Assembly (NCBI RefSeq): GCF_000621645.1
Contig: NZ_JHXR01000024.1
Coordinates: forward strand, 1 to 32,000
Source of the DNA: Vibrio cholerae ATCC 14035
GTDB taxonomy: Bacteria > Pseudomonadota > Gammaproteobacteria > Enterobacterales > Vibrionaceae
DNA: 32,000 nt
Direction of reading: 5' to 3'
Below are positions 1 through 9,959 of this stretch, in pieces. The position numbers and the translations under genes are program-made. Within the stretch, counting starts at the first letter, position 1. Each line of letters opens with the position of its first letter. Below the pieces are notes generated by a model. It did not search any database. It saw nothing but the letters and a program-made list of their open reading frames with translations, and had not been told where the DNA came from.

Positions 1-253
1 TTATCGTGGTCTATGGGCGACAGGTCATCACATTTACAAGGATACGCTTACAGTGTTTTTTGAAACCGAGAGTGGCAGCGTCCCAACAGAGCTGTTTGCA
101 TCGAGCTACCGCTACAAGGTGCTACCGTTACCGGATTTCAATCACTTTGTGGTGTTCGATACCTTTGCAGCGCAAGCGCTGTGGGTAGAAGTGAAACGGG
201 GTTTACCGATAAAAACAGAAAATGATAAAAAAGGACTAAATAGTATATTTTGA
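1..253 (+). CDS. zot: Zonula occludens toxin Zot, C-terminal fragment (5' end outside window; codon phase starts at nt 2)
   Basis: The frame is open from the window edge. The translation YRGLWATGHHIYKDTLTVFFETESGSVPTELFASSYRYKVLPLPDFNHFVVFDTFAAQALWVEVKRGLPIKTENDKKGLNSIF* is recognised as the Zot C-terminus. It lies directly upstream of ctxAB. Its TGA stop (251-253) sits inside the first TTTTGAT heptad. Confidence 0.85.
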   Translation, partial: YRGLWATGHHIYKDTLTVFFETESGSVPTELFASSYRYKVLPLPDFNHFVVFDTFAAQALWVEVKRGLPIKTENDKKGLNSIF

Positions 254-289
254 TTTTTGATTTTTGATTTTTGATTTTTGATTTTTGAT
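248..289 (+). promoter_or_regulatory. ctxAB promoter heptad array: 6 perfect tandem copies of TTTTGAT (ToxR/ToxT/H-NS target region)
   Basis: Counted directly: 42 nt equals 6 x TTTTGAT, at 248-254, 255-261, 262-268, 269-275, 276-282 and 283-289. The array ends 76 nt upstream of the ctxA ATG. This repeat is the established ToxR-binding element of the ctx promoter. Confidence 0.9.
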
Positions 290-365
290 TTCAAATAATA
301 CAAATTTATTTACTTATTTAATTGTTTTGATCAATTATTTTTCTGTTAAACAAAGGGAGCATTAT

Positions 366-1142
366 ATGGTAAAGATAATATTTGTGTTTTTTATTTTCTT
401 ATCATCATTTTCATATGCAAATGATGATAAGTTATATCGGGCAGATTCTAGACCTCCTGATGAAATAAAGCAGTCAGGTGGTCTTATGCCAAGAGGACAG
501 AGTGAGTACTTTGACCGAGGTACTCAAATGAATATCAACCTTTATGATCATGCAAGAGGAACTCAGACGGGATTTGTTAGGCACGATGATGGATATGTTT
601 CCACCTCAATTAGTTTGAGAAGTGCCCACTTAGTGGGTCAAACTATATTGTCTGGTCATTCTACTTATTATATATATGTTATAGCCACTGCACCCAACAT
701 GTTTAACGTTAATGATGTATTAGGGGCATACAGTCCTCATCCAGATGAACAAGAAGTTTCTGCTTTAGGTGGGATTCCATACTCCCAAATATATGGATGG
801 TATCGAGTTCATTTTGGGGTGCTTGATGAACAATTACATCGTAATAGGGGCTACAGAGATAGATATTACAGTAACTTAGATATTGCTCCAGCAGCAGATG
901 GTTATGGATTGGCAGGTTTCCCTCCGGAGCATAGAGCTTGGAGGGAAGAGCCGTGGATTCATCATGCACCGCCGGGTTGTGGGAATGCTCCAAGATCATC
1001 GATGAGTAATACTTGCGATGAAAAAACCCAAAGTCTAGGTGTAAAATTCCTTGACGAATACCAATCTAAAGTTAAAAGACAAATATTTTCAGGCTATCAA
1101 TCTGATATTGATACACATAATAGAATTAAGGATGAATTATGA
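366..1142 (+). CDS. ctxA: Cholera enterotoxin A subunit (ADP-ribosyltransferase), 258 aa precursor
   Basis: Translation runs MVKIIFVFFIFLSSFSYANDDKLYRADSRPPDEIKQSGGLMPRGQSEYFDRGTQ...HNRIKDEL*, with a signal peptide, the canonical CtxA sequence and a C-terminal KDEL. An AGGGAG Shine-Dalgarno lies about 7 nt upstream of ATG 366. The track ORF starts earlier (285), but that extension runs into the heptad promoter region. Confidence 0.97.
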   Translation: MVKIIFVFFIFLSSFSYANDDKLYRADSRPPDEIKQSGGLMPRGQSEYFDRGTQMNINLYDHARGTQTGFVRHDDGYVSTSISLRSAHLVGQTILSGHSTYYIYVIATAPNMFNVNDVLGAYSPHPDEQEVSALGGIPYSQIYGWYRVHFGVLDEQLHRNRGYRDRYYSNLDIAPAADGYGLAGFPPEHRAWREEPWIHHAPPGCGNAPRSSMSNTCDEKTQSLGVKFLDEYQSKVKRQIFSGYQSDIDTHNRIKDEL

Positions 1143-1513
1143 TTAAATTAAAATTTGGTGTTTTTTTTACAGTTTTACTATCTTCAGCATATGCACATGG
1201 AACACCTCAAAATATTACTGATTTGTGTGCAGAATACCACAACACACAAATACATACGCTAAATGATAAGATATTTTCGTATACAGAATCTCTAGCTGGA
1301 AAAAGAGAGATGGCTATCATTACTTTTAAGAATGGTGCAACTTTTCAAGTAGAAGTACCAGGTAGTCAACATATAGATTCACAAAAAAAAGCGATTGAAA
1401 GGATGAAGGATACCCTGAGGATTGCATATCTTACTGAAGCTAAAGTCGAAAAGTTATGTGTATGGAATAATAAAACGCCTCATGCGATTGCCGCAATTAG
1501 TATGGCAAATTAA
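1139..1513 (+). CDS. ctxB: Cholera enterotoxin B subunit, 124 aa precursor; His20/His39/Thr68 allele (classical-type ctxB)
   Basis: Translation runs MIKLKFGVFFTVLLSSAYAHGTPQNITDLCAEYHNTQIHTLNDKIFSYTESLAGKREMAIITFKNGATFQVEVPGSQHIDSQKK...AAISMAN*. There is an ATGA start/stop overlap with ctxA (1139-1142). Confidence 0.97.
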   Translation: MIKLKFGVFFTVLLSSAYAHGTPQNITDLCAEYHNTQIHTLNDKIFSYTESLAGKREMAIITFKNGATFQVEVPGSQHIDSQKKAIERMKDTLRIAYLTEAKVEKLCVWNNKTPHAIAAISMAN

Positions 1514-1520
1514 GATATAA

Positions 1521-1547
1521 AAAAGCCCACCTCAGTGGGCTTTTTTG
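1521..1547 (+). terminator. Rho-independent terminator of ctxAB
   Basis: AGCCCAC (1524-1530), loop CTCA, GTGGGCT (1535-1541), followed by a T-run to 1547. It lies 8 nt after the ctxB stop. Confidence 0.85.
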
Positions 1548-1623
1548 TGGTTCGATGATGAGAAGCAACCGTTTTGCCCAAACATGTATTACTGCAAGTA
1601 TGATGTTTTTATTCCACATCCTT

Positions 1624-1651
1624 AGTGCGTATTACGTGCGTTATGTTAAAT
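1624..1651. other. 28-bp dif-like XerC/XerD recombination site (CTX prophage / chromosome junction, attR-type hybrid)
   Basis: AGTGCGTATTA-CGTGCG-TTATGTTAAAT: two 11-bp arms around a 6-bp centre. From memory of V. cholerae dif1 (AGTGCGCATTA-TGTATG-TTATGTTAAAT), the right arm is identical and the left arm differs by one base (the phage-type arm). It is preceded by CCTT as in the CTX end repeat CCTTAGTGCGTATTA. Confidence 0.75.
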
Positions 1652-1891
1652 TAAGGCATAAAAAGAGGTCGCAAACCCCAATCTGCTCCCTATTCTTAAT
1701 CCAGCATTAAACATAACTGTATTTACCATAAAATACCTAATAATCATATTTATCATTTGACAATGTTAAGTATGATTATTAGTGACATTGTCACTGTACT
1801 TACGTCAATTGTGTGCACCAAAGTGTTTCTGTAATCCCTTGATTTGAAAACCTGTTACCAACCTTTCAAATGTGTTTAGGTTTGCTTCGCT

Positions 1892-1923
1892 AAAAAAGAA
1901 CTCCACACTAAGGCGGAGTTCTT
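1892..1923 (-). terminator. Rho-independent terminator downstream of rtxA (minus strand)
   Basis: On the minus strand AAGAACTCC (1923-1915) pairs with GGAGTTCTT (1904-1896) across a 10-nt loop, followed by a U-run (plus-strand A-run 1892-1897). It lies 48 nt after the rtxA stop. Confidence 0.85.
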
Positions 1924-2399
1924 GGATATTTTGGCAGCTTGTTTTTGCTGCTTAAATTTGGGCTACGCGATTACACCATCAATCCTTTTTTGTGAACCAC
2001 GTCTGACCACGCCATGCTGATCGCAGCTTGAGATTTACTCTCTAGGCTGTCGATAAAGCCATTGTCACCCGCTTGCGGTTCAAAACCACTCATCGCTTGA
2101 ACCAGAGCGTCAATCGCACTATCCGATAACATGGTGTATTCACGTTCACCCGACAGGTCTTTCTCACTCATTCCGATAACCACTTGAGCGCGGTTACCAT
2201 TAAAGTAATCACTGAATGTCACCGAACCAATATGCTCAAACTTCGATTGGTCACTGTCGTTAGACGGATCACGCAAAATCGACAGTTTCAGGTCATACCC
2301 GCTGCGCTCGAACCACAGTTTCTGCCAATCGATACCATTGAAGACAATGTTATCTTCGCTGCGAATGTCTTCCACAAGGTTGTCGATAACATCACCGCT

Positions 2400-3080
2400 C
2401 ACCACAAAGCTGTCCACATCCGTGCCACCTTTGAAAGTATTTTGATAACCACCAAGTACCATCAGATCACGGCCTTCACCACCGTTGAACTGGCTGAACT
2501 TAGAGATGGCCGTTGCAATCAGGTGATCATCTCCATCACCACCGTTTAGCACGGCATGGTAACCCATCAGTTTCACCACATCGTTACCCGCACCGGCATT
2601 GATACGGTTATAGTTACCAAAGATATTGGCAAAGTCATTACCTGCTCCGAGTTCCACTTGGTTATTGTTGCCAATCGTAACGGAGTAGTCTTGATCATCT
2701 CCCGTATCCACACGGTTGAAGTTGCCAGAAGTCACCACATAGTCACGGCCTGAACCGGTATCAATTTCACCACCTTCGCCAAAGACAAACGACTGGTCGT
2801 CACCAGCACCAAGGAAGACATGGTTAATGCGTCCAGCAACCACTGCCGTGTCGTTGCCATCACCACCAAACATCATGTTTTCACGCCCCATCAGAACGCC
2901 CATGTCGTTGCCTTCTCCACCCGTGAAGATGTTTGACTTGCCTGTTGCGTAGAACACATCATCGCCTCGTCCACCCCAGAAGTTGTTGTTATCTCCGAGA
3001 TACGCACCGAGATCTTTACCATCACCACCCCAGTTGAAGTTGTAGTTTCCTAGGGAGATGTTGATATCACCATCTCCTTG
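2400..3080 (-). repeat. RtxA C-terminal glycine/aspartate-rich tandem repeats (MARTX C-repeats, Ca-binding RTX-like)
   Basis: The protein shows GDGDINISLGNYNFNWGGDGKDLGAYLGDNNNFWGGRGDDVFYATGKSNIFTGGEGNDMGVLMG...FGGDGNDTAVV...LGAGDDQSF...GAGNDF...AGAGNDVV...NGGDGDDHL...NGGEGRDLM, a degenerate roughly 18-20 aa periodicity. A second shorter G-rich block lies around 4240-4500. Confidence 0.8.
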
Positions 3081-4658
3081 GAGATGGCCACTATTACGAA
3101 GGAAATCAAACGTTTTCTCCTTCATATTCAGCAGATCGGCGGTGAGATTCTGTTTAAGATTCTCCACCAGTGACTTCATTTCCTTCTGCTTATCTTGGCT
3201 GAAAATAGTCGCAAACAAGTTAGGCAGGTTAAGCGAGTTAAAGCCAAAGGCACGATCTTGTGTTTCTGCTGTTTCAGTATTGCCATCAGCCACAGTCGCA
3301 CCTTGCGCACTGTTCACGTTCGCACCATTAACAGAAACCGAAGAATTGTCCTTTTCCTCTTCAGGCGCTTTCTCTTTCAGCCCATGAGTTTCAGCAAAAG
3401 ACTTGATGCCATCCGCTCCCATGTCGATACCCGCTTTCAAGCTATCCAGTAACTTAGCTGGGTCGACAAAAGCCTGCAGTTGATCTCCGCTGAACTCACC
3501 GATGACTTCCAGCATCTCTTTGAGAATCGCCACTCCATCGACGGCTTGACCATTACGCGAAACAATTTGACCTGACGCGGTGTAATCCACACCAAAAATA
3601 TCCGCCAATGTCGTTTCAGCCCCTACTCCAGCTAACTGGCCGAGTAGCTTATTCTTGAGCTGGCGCGGCAAATCTTGTGGCGTATAAGTGAAGGTGGTTT
3701 TTGCTTGTCCCGTTGCGGTGAACTGCTGCGTCATGAGACCAAACAGTGAACCTAAGTTGGTATCCAAAATCGACTGAATGTTATCGCCGAACATAAAGTT
3801 CCAGTTACCCGTCGTGACTTGAATATCCGCCCCTTGTCCACCTACGGCAAAGTTAAATGCTAGCTTTTCATTGGCTTGACGAAGCTTATCAGCGCGGCTG
3901 AGCTGACTCGTGCCACTATTACCGTTACCGCTTAGCCACTGATTGTATTGCTTATTCAGTGTCGCTTCTGCATCGTGCTTCAGGCCACGGCTATCACGTT
4001 CATTTTGTGAATCCAATTCAACTAATGTGGTGTAATCCACACTGCTACTTTGATCCAAACCAGACATATCTTTGACGAACTTCTTCGCGCCAGACAGTGT
4101 CCATTGCTGCTCTTGAGCGGCAAGCCAATCTTCTCCCTCTCCAGACGTAGCAATACCTTGCAACACACCAGAAATACGTGCGGCACCGTCGAATGGATTG
4201 ACGAGTGGTGGAGTTGGGATCGACTTATCCATCATTAGGATCAGATCATTACTGTGTCCGAAATTAAAGCTCACATTACGGTTACCGAGGAACATTTGCG
4301 CACCTTCCAGTGCTTGATAGCCACCGATATCAACACTGTGTTTGCTTTCACCGTCACCGATATGAACCATAACGTTATTGTCACCAAAGGCCAGCGATTT
4401 AAAGCCACCAGTACCGACTTTAATGCCCACATTCGATGTCCCCCAGTTCACCGCCGTAAACTCCCCTTCGCCCACGTTAACTTGAATGTTACCTGAGTAG
4501 CTGAATTGATTACTGCTGCTAGAATTGGCAATCACTTCCGTTTCTGGTTTGCGTTTTTCTGGCGCATCAAACACGTCATTATTGTCACCGATCGCGCCAC
4601 GAGCAGGTTCATCGACATTGTTGACACCAATACGAGAGAGATCGATGTCGCCTTCCGC

Positions 4659-5327
4659 AATACCATTGCGAATACGTTCATCCTTGGCAACAACTTCACC
4701 TTGCGCGTCCCAGCTTAGCGAAACTTTGTTGTTTTCTGCCTTTTGAACCCAATCGCCATTCGCGTCCTTGGTATGCTTACGTCCCGCCTCGTCTACGGCC
4801 AGTTCAGAACTACGAACAGAGACATCGACACGAAGACCATTCGCATCCATCGCGTTAATAAACTGATGACCAAAGCCTTTTTGCTTGTCGTCACTCACCA
4901 AAGAACAACCAACAATACTGATGTGATCCGGTTTGTTGTTGATGTTTTCGGCTTGATTAAACGACTGTTGGAACTTGGCCAATTTCACGGCCAACTCATC
5001 GGCACTGTAACCACTTAAGCGAGTATTGTTAGTTTCTGAGTGGTCGCGACCATGCCCCACCAACTGCCAACGTAGCTTTCCATCCAGTTTTGACGGATCG
5101 CCATACACCACGCGATAGTTGCCGTCTGAATCGAGCTGCACCACCACACTGCTTTCAGCATGTTTACCTGCTAAATTGGCTGCCGCTTTTGCTACTACCG
5201 GGTCGTTTTCCATTTGAACGATGATTTGACCGTCGAAGCGGGTTTCACCACCATCTGTCGTTGGTGTAACCGTAATCGGGCCCCAGCTATTAACATTTTG
5301 ATTATGGAGTATTTTTCCATCCGCTAA
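4659..5327 (-). other. RtxA cysteine protease domain (CPD, InsP6-activated autoprocessing), approximate boundaries
   Basis: WQLVGHGRD (catalytic His context) and HISIVGCSLV (catalytic Cys codon 4905-4907) are read from the sequence. Confidence 0.7.
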
Positions 5328-6311
5328 TGCTTCTTTACTATCCACCACTTGCAGATGATCATTCTTATTTGAGATACCTTGATCCTTGGTTGATGTGGTA
5401 TCCAACCCTTGTTGATCTAGGTCTTCATCTACACTTGCACTGCTGGACAAACCGGAGACAATTTGATCCGCATATTGACTCATCAAACGGTTGCTTGCTT
5501 CGTGACCATAGAATGTCTGCTCGCCAGTGACGTTGTAACCAGAGGCAGTGAGTTTGGTACGAAGTTTCTCACCTTCGTTACCCAAACCTTCGTTATCGGT
5601 CAACAGCAGAATGGATGTCTCTTTTGGCAAACCTTCGAGATTTTTCTCTACAGAGAACTGGCCGTTAACCGCTTTCGCGATAGCCCCCACAATGCCCGCT
5701 GGATTCGCCACTTCGTGAGCGGTGATTGCTTTGGTCATGCTTGGCATAGGACGGTCAAGCAATAAGCCAGACACCGCTTGGCCGTTTTGCGCGGCATAAC
5801 GTGCTAAATCTGCGGCAATTGGACCGCCCATTGAGTAGCCGTGAATGATGATGTTGCTTGGGTCAATACCCTTATCATTCACTAGGTAGTTGAACATGGT
5901 GCGAGCATCTTGGTACAAGCCTTTTTCGCTTGGTCCACCGTCGCTTTCACCATAGCCACGCAGGTTGACTGCGAGCATATCGATACCTTGCTTCTGGTAG
6001 TGATTTCGAATCGCGCTCGCTTGCTCTTCAGCAGAAGAACCAGAACCGTGCAGGAACAATACGACTTTGCCGCTTGGCGAGCTCGTTTCACCTTCGCTTG
6101 GGGCTGTTCCCTGATGGTAATACCCCGTTAGACGGCCCGCTTCTCCTTGCAGAGTGATTTTCTGCGATTCACCTTTTTCCACCGCGTGATCAAGTAGGGT
6201 TTGCGTGATTTCGCCAATCTTACGGCGAGCCTCTTTATCACCATACAACTCGTTATTGAGGAATCGAGTCAATGGGCTCAGAGATTCTTTATCGCGCGGT
6301 GGCGTACCATC
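5328..6311 (-). other. RtxA alpha/beta-hydrolase (ABH) effector domain, approximate boundaries
   Basis: VVLFLHGSGSS oxyanion-type motif and the nucleophile elbow IHGYSMGG (codons 5846-5823) are read directly from the minus strand. Confidence 0.65.
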
Positions 6312-7955
6312 ATTTTCAATCGCCACGTTTTCTTTAGGCTTCTCATTGCCTGACAAGGCATCAAGGACATCAGTGACTTGATGACTTTGCTTCTTCGCGG
6401 CAATTTCCAGCTGAGCTTCCTGCAGTGCCTGACCAAAGTTGAAAAGCTCGGTCGGCGTCCAAACACCAAACTTAGGCAGCCATGTATGGCCAATCAGTTT
6501 ATCCGCCCCGCCGGCTTTCAACACTTTAGCCACTGTGCTGGAGCAGTTTTTGGTCAGTAATTGATAACGAGCATCCGGATCGTTGCTTAGACGATGCCAT
6601 TCTGCTTGCATTGCCGCCACATCGAGGCCTTCAAGGTTAATTCGGAATACTCGACCTTGATCGGCTTGGCTTGCTTTGAAGGTTTCGATCTCTTCCAGTG
6701 CTCTTTCTGCAAATTGGCGAATCACATTGCCGATGCGCTTTTCAAGCAGTTCGGGATCGTCACTTCTTTGAGCCTGTAGTCTGAGCTCTTGCGCAAAACG
6801 GTGTGCCACGTCCATCATGTCATAACTGGTGTCATTCCATTGTTCGACAAATGGTTGGAAAACATGTGCAGGAATACCTGTCGTTTCGAGCATATCTGGG
6901 TTACCCAGTAGTACGCTCGCGTAACCTTCAGAAGCCTCTTTAAATGAAGCGTCAATTCCTTTCGCGGCATTGAGCTTCTCGATAAAGCGTTTCAGCTTAA
7001 TGTCGCCATCATGCAAACCAAAGCCATCGTTTTCTTCCGAAGCAACATCATGCTCAAGCGTGTCATTTTGATGTGCAGGTTGACTGAAGTCGCTCCAGCG
7101 CAGCTTAAGATCAGGTTGGTCTTTTGTGGCCACATTCAAGATATTGCTGATATTGGATGACTTGCTGCCTAGTGGCCACCAGCTTACGTAATTTTGCTGG
7201 TTAAAATCAGCTGCAGCTTGACCTTCAAGTTGCGTGCGACCTTGGCCTATTTGCAATGCGGCATGACCTAGCGCGCTATGATCACTCGGTTTCCAAATGT
7301 ACAACGTGGCGCTGACAGGTGACAGATGCTGTTCAATCGCTTGATGTACTTTATTCAAACCCGCGATATCAACCCCTTTACCGTCTTTGGCAAGATCTTT
7401 GGCTGATAATCCAGCAAAAATTGTATCCGCAACGGTTTGACCGTACTCGTTACTTACTGTTAACTTCACTTTTTCAAGCACAGCTTCGCGGCTACCTAGC
7501 AGATCGATATTGGCAAGATTACCTTTGCCTTTGGTAACAAAGTCACCATTTTGATCCAGATAAAGGTGCTTACTCTCTTTCAAGTTAGCGGCTTCTAGCT
7601 GGTCATATAGTCGGCTGAAACTGTTTTGCGCTTGGATAGTTTGCTCAGCAACTGACAGCAGTGAAACTTCATCTAAACGCGTATTCACCTGATTTAACAG
7701 TGAATTCATCGCTTCAACACGGCCTGAGTCTGGGTGTCCGAGTACATAACCTTCAATTTTTTTACGCAAGTTGAGCAGTTTTTCCACGGACTCCGGTTCA
7801 TAATCTGCGTGCTCAGTGATGCTGGCGTGGTAATCAGTCAATGCGTCGATCACTTGCTGATAGCTTTCACCGCGGATCTTACCCGTTACATTCGCCGCAT
7901 CCAGTAGTTCAGTGACTGACATCAGCTCGACTGTGGCGTTGTATTGCCATGCACC
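6312..7955 (-). other. RtxA Rho-inactivation domain (RID), approximate boundaries
   Basis: Offset-transferred boundaries (about 2552-3099). Contains ...LYIWKPSDHSALGHAALQIG... and the catalytic Cys context YQLLTKNCSSTVAKVLKAGG. Confidence 0.6.
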
Positions 7956-8483
7956 ATCGACTTTTTGCGCCAACACATGTGTACGACCTTCATGGTGTGA
8001 AATCACTTTGTTATCCACCAAGAAGAGCTCGTCTGGCATTTGTTCGAAATTATCGAAGTTGGCCAGAATGAAGCGTTCGATGGCTTTGTGCTGAGCCGCG
8101 TCTTCAGGATCCTCAAGAATAATGGTTTTACTCTTGTCTTCGGTTCCTGGCCAAGCACGCACTTCGAAGCCTTCATCTCCTTCTTGTACCAGTAGATTTC
8201 GTTCGGTACGAAGTGCATAGAATGGCAGCATGTCATTTAACATGGTGTTAATTATGGAAGCGACGTTTTCTTGCTGCTTGTTATTCTCTAGATTCGACGT
8301 TTCACCTAAAGCGTGTAATTCTTCTTTATCGTTAGAAGCAAGCTTGGTAGATGTGAGCGTCTCATGGTTATCAGTATAAGGAGCGGTAATTTTCGCCCAT
8401 TGTTCAGCATGCTGCGTCATCAACCATTCAGCTTTGTGATTGGCGGATGCACTGGACTTAGGATTTTTGACTGGCGGCTGTCC

Positions 8484-9722
8484 TTTGCTTGCTCGATACT
8501 CCTGATACCAAGCATCGAAATCCTCACTACCGCTAACCAAAGCATTTACTTCAGTAATGATGGCTTTACGGCTTGCCGAGTCAAAATGATCGAGTGCCTT
8601 AACATCCACTTTCACCGTTGACGCTGTTTTGGGTACAAAGTCACTTAATGCACTCGGTACACTGCGAAACTCAAATAAGATCGCTGGTTCAGGCTGTTGC
8701 ACACTTCCTGTCGTCGCATTATTGATTCCATGTCCAGCGACTTCTCCACCATATTGGAAGTATTCAAACACGTTCTTAGCAAGGCTTTCTGAATAGGTGC
8801 CTTTCAGCTTTTCCGCAATTTGTTGCCTTACGTAGCGTGAGTCTTCCGCACTCAGAAGTTCCAGCATTCTAACGGGTTTAGTTCTTGGCAATATGCTCCA
8901 AGCATTTTTGACTTTCGGATCCGTTAACCCTTGAGCATTCGGTGAAAAACCTTCAGAGGCAGGATCCCAATCATTGATGTAGATCCCATACTCTTTGGCC
9001 AAATCTGCTGTTTTTGAATAGACAGACGTGAGATAGGCATACACATTTTGTGCTGTAGCGGGATCATCCAACGTGGTGTTTTTCGCGTTTGCTAAAAACT
9101 CATCTCTCAACCCTGCTTGATACCAAGGCGCAGATTCAAGCAGTCTGACTTCCGGCGACGAGCTTGTACCAAATTCTTTCGCACTGATCGCCATTGTTGC
9201 TTGTTGGCCACTAGGGGTCATTCCTATGGTCTTGCCTTGTGCATCAATAGAGGTTCCGTTACCCGCCGCAATAAGATGCTTAGAGTTCGATATAACCAGA
9301 GTGAAACGACCGTCATCACTCACTAAATGAGGTAAGCTTTGGTGGTTAGACTGATTGATATGATCGGTAAACTCTTTCGCAAGCCATAGCATTGCCTCTT
9401 TACGACTTTCAACCGCTGCTGTATCACTGATTTCACTAGGATATGTAACCAGTTCAATCGTATGCGTCTGCCAGTTGTTCACCCCTTGAATATCATTGAT
9501 ACCCACTGGGTTGCTATAACCACCTTGATTCATATCCTTGGTTAGCATGAACAATGGGTTACCTTGTGAATCATGCACATAGCCAAAAGTCTGCGCTGAG
9601 TTTTTCGGTAAAACCACCACCAGACCGGATAACTCATTTTCTATACCAATGGATGTCGATGCGAAATGGCTTTTAAATCCGGGGACACTTTTCGAAGCCA
9701 GTTGACCCGTTGGTTGACTTCC
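8484..9722 (-). other. RtxA actin cross-linking domain (ACD), approximate boundaries
   Basis: Boundaries are transferred from remembered full-length numbering (about 1963-2375) using the offset validated by the two catalytic cysteines. The sequence ...FGYVHDSQGNPLFMLTKDMNQGGYSNPVGINDIQG...EVAGHGINNATTGSVQQPEPAILFEFR is recognised as ACD. Confidence 0.6.
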
Positions 9723-9959
9723 CTGTACCGCACTTAGACTTTCGAGGTTCACCCCTGAGATACGGACGTCTCTACGAGTCACTTCTTGGCGCTCTGGTTC
9801 AGGCGAGACTTTGGTAGGAACAACAATGCTCTTGCTATTTGTTTCAGAGAACATAGAAGTCATACTGCTAACGCTGTTTTTCGCTCGAATACCTGCGTTA
9901 ATTTGCAAACGGTTCACTGCGTTGGTCGCACCTTCTAGCGCTTCTTGCTCTTGTTCGGT

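Larger units (their letters stand above)
1..1651 (+). mobile_element. Right-hand (core 3') end of a CTXphi prophage: zot' - ctxA - ctxB - att/dif junction. The left part lies outside the window.
   Basis: The gene content is recognisable CTX core (Zot C-terminus, CtxA, CtxB). The coding DNA is strongly AT-rich; line 361-420 has 11/60 G+C. The block ends at a 28-bp dif-like XerC/XerD site at 1624-1651. Confidence 0.85.

Noticed and set aside
285-365. N-terminal 27-codon extension of the ctxA ORF in the track (MISNNTNLFTYLIVLINYFSVKQREHY)
   Set aside because: It begins inside the last TTTTGAT heptad and the promoter. The canonical CtxA signal peptide starts at ATG 366, which has its own AGGGAG ribosome-binding site.
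2184-9326. Many 60-125 aa plus-strand ORFs (e.g. 2184-2549, 3058-3387, 4743-5018, 5463-5765, 8364-8621)
   Set aside because: All are antisense to the continuous, recognisable RtxA reading frame, with low-complexity or odd composition and no ribosome-binding sites. They are shadow ORFs.
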